64,000 nt of DNA, from positions 143,313 through 207,312 of the forward strand of contig JANRIG010000019.1 in NCBI GenBank assembly GCA_033765235.1, given 5' to 3'. The position numbers were made by a program, and so were the translations under genes. This DNA is from Cytophagales bacterium (GTDB taxonomy: Bacteria; Bacteroidota; Bacteroidia; Cytophagales; UBA9547). Below are positions 58,238-64,000 of this stretch, piece by piece. Every line of letters begins with the position of its first letter. Within the stretch, counting starts at the first letter, position 1. The notes beneath the pieces are model-generated. The model saw only the letters and a list, made by a program, of their open reading frames with translations. It was not told the origin of the DNA and ran no database searches.

Positions 58238-58420
58238 ATGGACGATAACTTTGGAATACCTCAAATAAGCAAATACATTACCAACTTAGGACTGTTTGAC
58301 GGCAAACCTGAACTTATAGAAAAATATGCAGCCAAAGTAAAAAGTGGCAAGTATGACAACATACCCGGCTACGATGCAGCCAAATATGCCACACAAATGG
58401 CAAGAATAGCAAAGATATAG
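58238..58420 (+). CDS. small hypothetical protein
   Basis: 60-aa ORF from the track. No motif. Confidence 0.35.
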   Translation: MDDNFGIPQISKYITNLGLFDGKPELIEKYAAKVKSGKYDNIPGYDAAKYATQMARIAKI

Positions 58421-58567
58421 CACATTATTTGATACCCTACTTAAGTATTTAACCTTATACGATACCTTTTTGGATATTGAGGTAATAATGGAGTCATTAT
58501 TTGACTAAATATTATTCTGTAGCTACTTTTTTTGGCTATTTTTACAATATTTAGTAATATTGAAGAT

Positions 58568-59074
58568 ATGTACAAAAAAGAACTTATCAGATTTTTTGGA
58601 TTATCATTATTGCTTTACATAGGTTGGTACCTCACATACGAGCTTTGGATAGGCCCAGATGGCAGGGTAGACAGTTGGCTCAATGAAGTGGTAGCCTATA
58701 GCAGCTACAGGTTGCTCAATATTTTTGGGTATGATTCTTGCATAACCAATACCTCTGTATGTGTGCGCAATGTATCTACCGTGACAGTGGGCAACGGTTG
58801 CAACGGACTTGAAATATACGCCATTTTTACAGGCTTTATCATAGTCATGCATGGAAGGTGGAAATATAAATTATTATTTATAGTAGTGGGTTTGCTATCA
58901 ATATTTGTGCTCAATGTATTCAGAGTCACTATGTTGGCTATAGATAGATACAATGACCTTAATATCTTCAGGTTCAATCACAAGTACACCTATGTATTTG
59001 TCATATATTCATTTATTTTTATGCTTTGGATAATATGGATAAAAAAATATGCCGATAAAAAAGCGGTGGCTTAA
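58568..59074 (+). CDS. xrtF: Exosortase family protein XrtF
   Basis: Polytopic. GNGCNGLEIYAIF (catalytic Cys block), LNVFRV (Arg) and FNHKY (His). I prefer ATG 58568. Confidence 0.75.
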   Translation: MYKKELIRFFGLSLLLYIGWYLTYELWIGPDGRVDSWLNEVVAYSSYRLLNIFGYDSCITNTSVCVRNVSTVTVGNGCNGLEIYAIFTGFIIVMHGRWKYKLLFIVVGLLSIFVLNVFRVTMLAIDRYNDLNIFRFNHKYTYVFVIYSFIFMLWIIWIKKYADKKAVA

Positions 59075-59537
59075 GATAAGTCTATCAATATTTATTTTTA
59101 TTATAATATTCATCCTTGGATATCAGCGCCGTGCATATGACCATTTTTTTGCTGATTTGTACCGCACTCCTCAAAGTTATTACTATCAAAAAGCCAAATA
59201 CCCCGACACATTCACAGAGTGGTGGTATGCTGCCACACACCACTATAAGTGGCTACAATCTGTAACCTATACTGTGCTATACATAGCTGCCACATTGGCA
59301 CTGGTGGCAGTGAATTTTGATAGAAATACTTGGCTAATCACCATTGCCATGTATGTGGCATTGGGTGTATTGGTGTGCATATTTATAAGCCTAAGTTGGC
59401 TCACCAAAGACTATGTGATAGGATACAAAATGGCACAAAACATTAAAAAAGTAATCCAAAGTCCGCTGCCGGGTATGTGCCTGTATGTAGTGTACACTTG
59501 GCTGCATAAAAATGATAATTCTCGGAAACAAATGTAA
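59049..59537 (+). CDS. Exosortase F system-associated membrane protein
   Basis: 162-aa polytopic protein overlapping the xrtF end, which is the conserved partner position. Confidence 0.6.
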   Translation: MPIKKRWLKISLSIFIFIIIFILGYQRRAYDHFFADLYRTPQSYYYQKAKYPDTFTEWWYAATHHYKWLQSVTYTVLYIAATLALVAVNFDRNTWLITIAMYVALGVLVCIFISLSWLTKDYVIGYKMAQNIKKVIQSPLPGMCLYVVYTWLHKNDNSRKQM

Positions 59538-59582
59538 GTTATTACACAACATTTCAACATTTTTGCAATCAAAATTCAACAA

Positions 59583-59942
59583 TCAATCTACATTATTTTC
59601 AGTTGCCCAATCTATGATGTCAATAGCATTTTTTATACCTTCTTGGGCTAAGTTGTAGCTCAAGTTGCCATCATACCCCATGGCAAGGTGCAGAGTGTCG
59701 TAGGCATATACTAGTTTTGATAATATTTTAAGATTTTCTTTACTTAATTTATTTTTATACTTGCTTATATCCGGTCTTCCTTTACCTTTTTTTATTTCTG
59801 GATACTTGGCATCCAAAGCCTCAAGAACCCCATTTCACAGAGTGTTGCCTGCCATTCGTACATACTTTTTATCTTTATATCTATTGTCTTCTTTTACAGC
59901 CAGTTGAGAATGTATTTCTTGCGCATTTTGCACATATTGCAT
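59583..59942 (-). pseudogene. hypothetical gene interrupted by an in-frame TGA
   Basis: The minus-strand frame reads MQYVQNAQEIHSQLAVKEDNRYKDKKYVRMAGNTL, then TGA at 59835-59837, then NGVLEALDAKYPEIKKGKGRP... in the same frame as the track ORF 59583-59816. Confidence 0.5.
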
Positions 59943-60127
59943 GGCTTCTTTATGGGTATTGATATACTGATATTTTATCCAATTATAATATTTTTCCTTT
60001 TATGCAAATAAGATTAAACTCTCAAAAAATGTGCTGCTATCTGTGCCTTATATTAAATAATTGTAAAGTGATATTACTTGAAGTAATAATTAATATTTTT
60101 GGAAAATTGTAATAAATAATCAAACCC

Positions 60128-61327
60128 ATGAGCAAAATACTTATCATAGGTGCCGGTGGCGTAGGCAGTGTAGTAGCACACAAGTGTGCACAAGCCCAAG
60201 ATGTATTCACAGATATACTCTTAGCCAGCCGTACCAAAGCCAAATGCGACACCATAGCCGCACAAATAGGTGGCAACCGTGTGAAAACCGCTGCCATAGA
60301 TGCAGACCAAGTGCCCGAGTTGGTGTCTCTCATCCGCGATTTTAAGCCACATATGGTGCTCAATGTAGCCCTTCCATACCAAGACCTTACCATTATGGAT
60401 GCTTGCCTTGAGACAGGCGTACACTACTTAGACACTGCTAATTATGAACCTAAAGAGGTAGCCAAGTTTGAGTACAAGTGGCAGTGGGCATACCAAGACA
60501 GGTTCAAAAATGCAGGACTTATGGCGTTGCTGGGTTGCGGCTTTGACCCGGGTGTCACCAATATATTCACCGCACATGCTGCCAAGCACCACTTTGATGA
60601 AATACACTACCTTGATATTGTAGATTGCAACGCGGGCAGTCATGGCAAAGCATTTGCCACCAATTTCAATCCTGAAATAAACATTCGTGAAATAACCCAA
60701 AAAGGCAAATATTGGGAAAACGGCACTTGGCATGAGATAGAACCTCTGAGCATACACCAGCCTGTAGAATATCCTGAGGTGGGATACAAAGAGTCATACC
60801 TCCTATTTCATGAAGAGTTGGAGTCGTTGGTCAAGCACTTCCCTACCCTCAAGCGTGCCCGCTTTTGGATGACCTTTGGTCAACAATACATCACCCACCT
60901 TGAGGTGCTGCAAAATGTAGGTATGACACGCATAGACCCTGTCATGTACAAGGGCGTAGAGGTGATACCATTAGAGTTTCTCAAAGCTGTGCTGCCTGAC
61001 CCCGGCTCACTTGGCGAAAACTACAGTGGCAAAACCTCCATAGGCTGCCAAATAAAAGGGATGAAAAATGGCAAACCCAAGACCTACTTTATTTACAACA
61101 ATTGCGACCATGCCGAGTGCTACCGCGAGGTAAAGGCACAAGCCGTGAGCTACACTACAGGAGTGCCTGCTGTGGTAGGTGCCATCATGATGATGCAAGG
61201 CAAGTGGATGCAGCCGGGAGTGTGGAATACTGAGCAAATGGATCCAGACCCATTTTTGGCTGTATTGGGCAAATATGGCTTGCCGTGGCATGAAGTACAG
61301 GATGCTGAGTTGGCATTTAGTTATTGA
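60128..61327 (+). CDS. Carboxynorspermidine dehydrogenase (saccharopine dehydrogenase family)
   Basis: ILIIGAGGVGSVVAHK, GFDPGVTNIF, NAGSHGKAFATNFNPE, SYTTGVPA and DPDPFL are collinear with Vibrio carboxynorspermidine dehydrogenase as I recall it. Confidence 0.85.
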   Translation: MSKILIIGAGGVGSVVAHKCAQAQDVFTDILLASRTKAKCDTIAAQIGGNRVKTAAIDADQVPELVSLIRDFKPHMVLNVALPYQDLTIMDACLETGVHYLDTANYEPKEVAKFEYKWQWAYQDRFKNAGLMALLGCGFDPGVTNIFTAHAAKHHFDEIHYLDIVDCNAGSHGKAFATNFNPEINIREITQKGKYWENGTWHEIEPLSIHQPVEYPEVGYKESYLLFHEELESLVKHFPTLKRARFWMTFGQQYITHLEVLQNVGMTRIDPVMYKGVEVIPLEFLKAVLPDPGSLGENYSGKTSIGCQIKGMKNGKPKTYFIYNNCDHAECYREVKAQAVSYTTGVPAVVGAIMMMQGKWMQPGVWNTEQMDPDPFLAVLGKYGLPWHEVQDAELAFSY

Positions 61328-61407
61328 TTGTTAATAGCTTTCAATATTGACAATAATTTTTTGCTCCTTTGAGCAGATGATATATATTTACATTTATATA
61401 ATCTGCA

Positions 61408-61887
61408 ATGAAAAATATTTTTACCTTAATGTGCGCATTATCACTATTTGCATGCACCCAAAAACGCAATGTAGATGACAGGGTATTTGTAGAAGTCATT
61501 ACACACAATAGCGCAGGTGCACCTATTGATTATTGCTTTGATGAAATAAAAGGACTGGGCATATCTGCCTACAAATCAGCGTGTACGGAGGGCACAGCTC
61601 ATAACTTACTTTTGCCTTTCAATACAGGAGCAGACTCTACTACTTATCTTTTTAAGAAAAGCAGTAAAACAGACACCCTCCATTTTATATACAAACGCAC
61701 AGTGATAGGTACCGACGAAAATTACTCTATGCTATTTGACTTGGTACAGCTCAAAAATACAGATACTAATAAGTTTAAACCATATATAAACTCTATCAAG
61801 TGGCCATGCTTCTATCCTGACACATTTTATTGCGGAGATAAATTTACCAAAAGTGAAAAATATTTTAGGGTTAAATATTATCTTTAG
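61408..61887 (+). CDS. hypothetical lipoprotein
   Basis: Lipobox-like signal MKNIFTLMCALSLFAC. Confidence 0.5.
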   Translation: MKNIFTLMCALSLFACTQKRNVDDRVFVEVITHNSAGAPIDYCFDEIKGLGISAYKSACTEGTAHNLLLPFNTGADSTTYLFKKSSKTDTLHFIYKRTVIGTDENYSMLFDLVQLKNTDTNKFKPYINSIKWPCFYPDTFYCGDKFTKSEKYFRVKYYL

Positions 61888-62650
61888 TATTTGGCTGGCA
61901 TGGCCGCTCATGGGTCAGGCGGTGAGGTTCACTCAGTTCAGAGTAGGTATAGACCCACTCACAGCACTCACATTTGCCATACCCAAGTTAGATTACAGAG
62001 ATTTCAAATTCAGCTACCACAATATAGAAGGCAGTGTGGAGCTCATAGGACCCTACAGGCTATCGCTGGTGAATGAAACAGGCTATACAATACAACAACA
62101 AAATGTAAAAAACGGTACTCAGGTATTCATGACCGAAGGATTGTACAATAGATTTGGGTTCAACTTTGACCTGAGCGATCCTCATAAAAGCTACGAAATA
62201 GACTTGGGTTGGCGGTTTGGCTATGCACATCCTGTAGAGCATGGATATTTTTACCAAAAAGATACCTACTGGAATGGAGAGTATGTGCCATTGCTGGAGA
62301 GGCGCTCACCTGTATATATATGGCCTGAAATATTGATTGATAACAAGTTTAAACTGAGCAAAAAGAAGAATTTTACAAAAAACATACTCTTTTCGGTATC
62401 ATTCAGGCTCAAGTTTACCCCTGCACAAAAAGAGCAAGAAGCTTATCGCACCCAATATATCCCCGGATTTGGAATGAATCAGTCATTTCATCCCTCGTTT
62501 TTGTTCAATCTTATATATGCCATACATTTTGCGGGGGGGGCTGTGCACAAAGCACAGCATTTGCAACATCATTACGATATCATAGAAAAAGACCATCATA
62601 TCAAAAAAGTAAAAAAGCGCGAGGGATCAGAAGATATTGACAGAGATTAG
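61853..62650 (+). CDS. hypothetical secreted protein (start uncertain); contains a G8 tract
   Basis: Signal-like N-terminus. Beta-rich, aromatic composition. His/Lys-rich tail. Confidence 0.45.
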   Translation: MKNILGLNIIFSIWLAWPLMGQAVRFTQFRVGIDPLTALTFAIPKLDYRDFKFSYHNIEGSVELIGPYRLSLVNETGYTIQQQNVKNGTQVFMTEGLYNRFGFNFDLSDPHKSYEIDLGWRFGYAHPVEHGYFYQKDTYWNGEYVPLLERRSPVYIWPEILIDNKFKLSKKKNFTKNILFSVSFRLKFTPAQKEQEAYRTQYIPGFGMNQSFHPSFLFNLIYAIHFAGGAVHKAQHLQHHYDIIEKDHHIKKVKKREGSEDIDRD

Positions 62651-62735
62651 TACTATTTGTATTAATATCTCTCTATGAGTGCATTATTATTAAGATAATA
62701 TTGTTATGATTGAAAAAATAAATTTTTTGTAGGTT

Positions 62736-63353
62736 ATGCAAAAATTATTTCAGTTGGTATTTATCATTGCTTTCGCAATATTAGTTACAGATTGTAATTC
62801 TACTCGTTTTTTATCAAATTTAAAAAACTACACCTTACAAGAACTTTACCATGAGGTAGATAGCAGCTACAGACTGGTGATAAGGAATTGGGACAAAAAA
62901 AACAGGACAGTACTCGAAATCATCAATCGCAGCAAAGAAGAAGCATACATATTAGCCACAGATTCACTCCTGTACAATCCCAAAACCAAGACATTTGTAA
63001 ACAACCTTAAGCATGTAAAATACTATGTGATAAAACCCGAAAATATATTGACTTTGCAAGACAGCCTCAAAGTATGGCAGCAAATGATCATTCGCCGTGG
63101 CAATATACCCTATACCAAAAAAGAAAATTTATATTTGGACACATTACTAAAGATAGAGTTTACATTTGTGATGAAAGCTGATTGGTATTTTGGTCAAAAA
63201 GAGAGATATGTGACTGATACCATCACCAAGCAACACAATGCATATCATCCTCTTTTGCACGAGGTTCTATTCAAATATCGCGGGCGCAGGCATTTGCTCA
63301 CAGGCAAGCAGTTTGAGACAGCTTTTGGACTTAGAGAAGAAATATTGTTTTGA
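62736..63353 (+). CDS. hypothetical lipoprotein-like protein
   Basis: MQKLFQLVFIIAFAILVTDC signal. Confidence 0.45.
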   Translation: MQKLFQLVFIIAFAILVTDCNSTRFLSNLKNYTLQELYHEVDSSYRLVIRNWDKKNRTVLEIINRSKEEAYILATDSLLYNPKTKTFVNNLKHVKYYVIKPENILTLQDSLKVWQQMIIRRGNIPYTKKENLYLDTLLKIEFTFVMKADWYFGQKERYVTDTITKQHNAYHPLLHEVLFKYRGRRHLLTGKQFETAFGLREEILF

Positions 63354-63389
63354 TATTTTTGATATTAGATTAATATAATTTTTGCAGAA

Positions 63390-64000
63390 ATGAAAGATGC
63401 TCTTAAATCAGATTTTTTTGAAGCTGTCATCAAAAACTCTATTGCTGCAAATGCCATAGTACTTGACTATAAACCATTGGGGGGTGGTTGTATCAACGAT
63501 GCCCACAAAGTGGTGACGAGCAAGGGCAATTTTTTTGTCAAATATAATATAAATCAATCTTTGGATTTTTTTCAAAAAGAATTCAACGGTTTACAGCTGT
63601 TAGAAAGCAAAAAAATATTTCCAATTCCTAAACCTATAGCGGCGGCTGTAATGAATGATATACCTTATATCATATTAGAAAATATAGATACAGGCAGACC
63701 TTCTAAGAATTATTGGCAAAATTTTGGTGCAAATCTTGCCAAGTTGCATAAAATAACCACTCAAAAATATGGGTTTCATGAAAATAATTATATAGGTTCT
63801 CTGCCTCAGTACAATAGTTGGGAACAAGATTGGACAACATTTTTTATAGAATATAGATTAAAAAAACAGATAGAAGCCGCAAAAAATAATAAAATTATTG
63901 GCATTGATGTGATGGAAAAATTTGAAAAATTATACTCAAAACTTCCTGAAATCATTACCACAGAGCCACCTTCATTGCTCCATGGCGACTTATGGAGCGG
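63390..64000 (+). CDS. Fructosamine kinase family protein (3' end beyond window)
   Basis: My own translation from ATG 63390 gives ...PLGGGCINDAHKV...FFVKYN...LLHGDLWS, typical of fructosamine/ketosamine-3-kinases. The frame is open to the window end. Confidence 0.75.
   Translation, partial: MKDALKSDFFEAVIKNSIAANAIVLDYKPLGGGCINDAHKVVTSKGNFFVKYNINQSLDFFQKEFNGLQLLESKKIFPIPKPIAAAVMNDIPYIILENIDTGRPSKNYWQNFGANLAKLHKITTQKYGFHENNYIGSLPQYNSWEQDWTTFFIEYRLKKQIEAAKNNKIIGIDVMEKFEKLYSKLPEIITTEPPSLLHGDLWS

Noticed and set aside
59835-59837. Selenocysteine (TGA recoding) in the split small gene
   Set aside because: I could identify no SECIS-like hairpin immediately downstream, and nothing suggests a redox-protein context. 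A pseudogene or an error is more likely.
1-64000. tRNA, rRNA, tmRNA, RNase P RNA or riboswitch genes
   Set aside because: Scanning the intergenic regions by eye found no cloverleaf-compatible GC-rich segments and no conserved T-loop (GGTTCGAATCC-like) sequences outside CDSs. This is a manual scan, so small RNAs could have been missed.

Overview
AT-rich Bacteroidota-type chromosome segment. Supporting signs are an XrtF exosortase pair, TAnnTTTG promoter-like boxes close to start codons, no obvious Shine-Dalgarno sites, and the DUF4856/imelysin/HTTM and GT4+GH57 gene pairs. The window has three parts. (1) 1-11.06 kb is a compact single-strand block of about 29 small ORFs. It encodes a Rep_trans-like rolling-circle initiator, a GH108-like lysin preceded by an unannotated holin-like ORF, a transglutaminase-like protein, an orphan MNT nucleotidyltransferase, a very basic 71-aa protein and at least 10 small membrane proteins. 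I could recognise no integrase, terminase, portal, tail or Walker-A ATPase. I read it as a provirus-like element of a small non-tailed, membrane-containing phage (FLiP/PM2-like architecture) whose capsid genes are not recognisable by eye. This is my best candidate for something undescribed, and its left end lies outside the window. (2) Housekeeping and envelope genes fill most of the rest: hisA, dapA, glycosyltransferases, hldD, hisB, greA, priA, groES/EL, icd, ffh, the yceD-rpmF-plsX-fabH-efp-accBC-mdh cluster, xrtF and carboxynorspermidine dehydrogenase. (3) An accessory patch at 32-41 kb holds a PD-(D/E)xK-like gene, a UvrD-type helicase-nuclease divergent from a DUF2130-like gene, and a decayed XRE / PIN / small-ORF toxin-antitoxin-like cassette. 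The PD-(D/E)xK gene and the TA-like cassette are each bracketed by co-oriented copies of a promoter-bearing repeat (about 109 bp in its two full copies) that I could not assign to any known element class. I found no tRNA, rRNA or CRISPR array. All family assignments rest on motifs read by eye, not on database searches.
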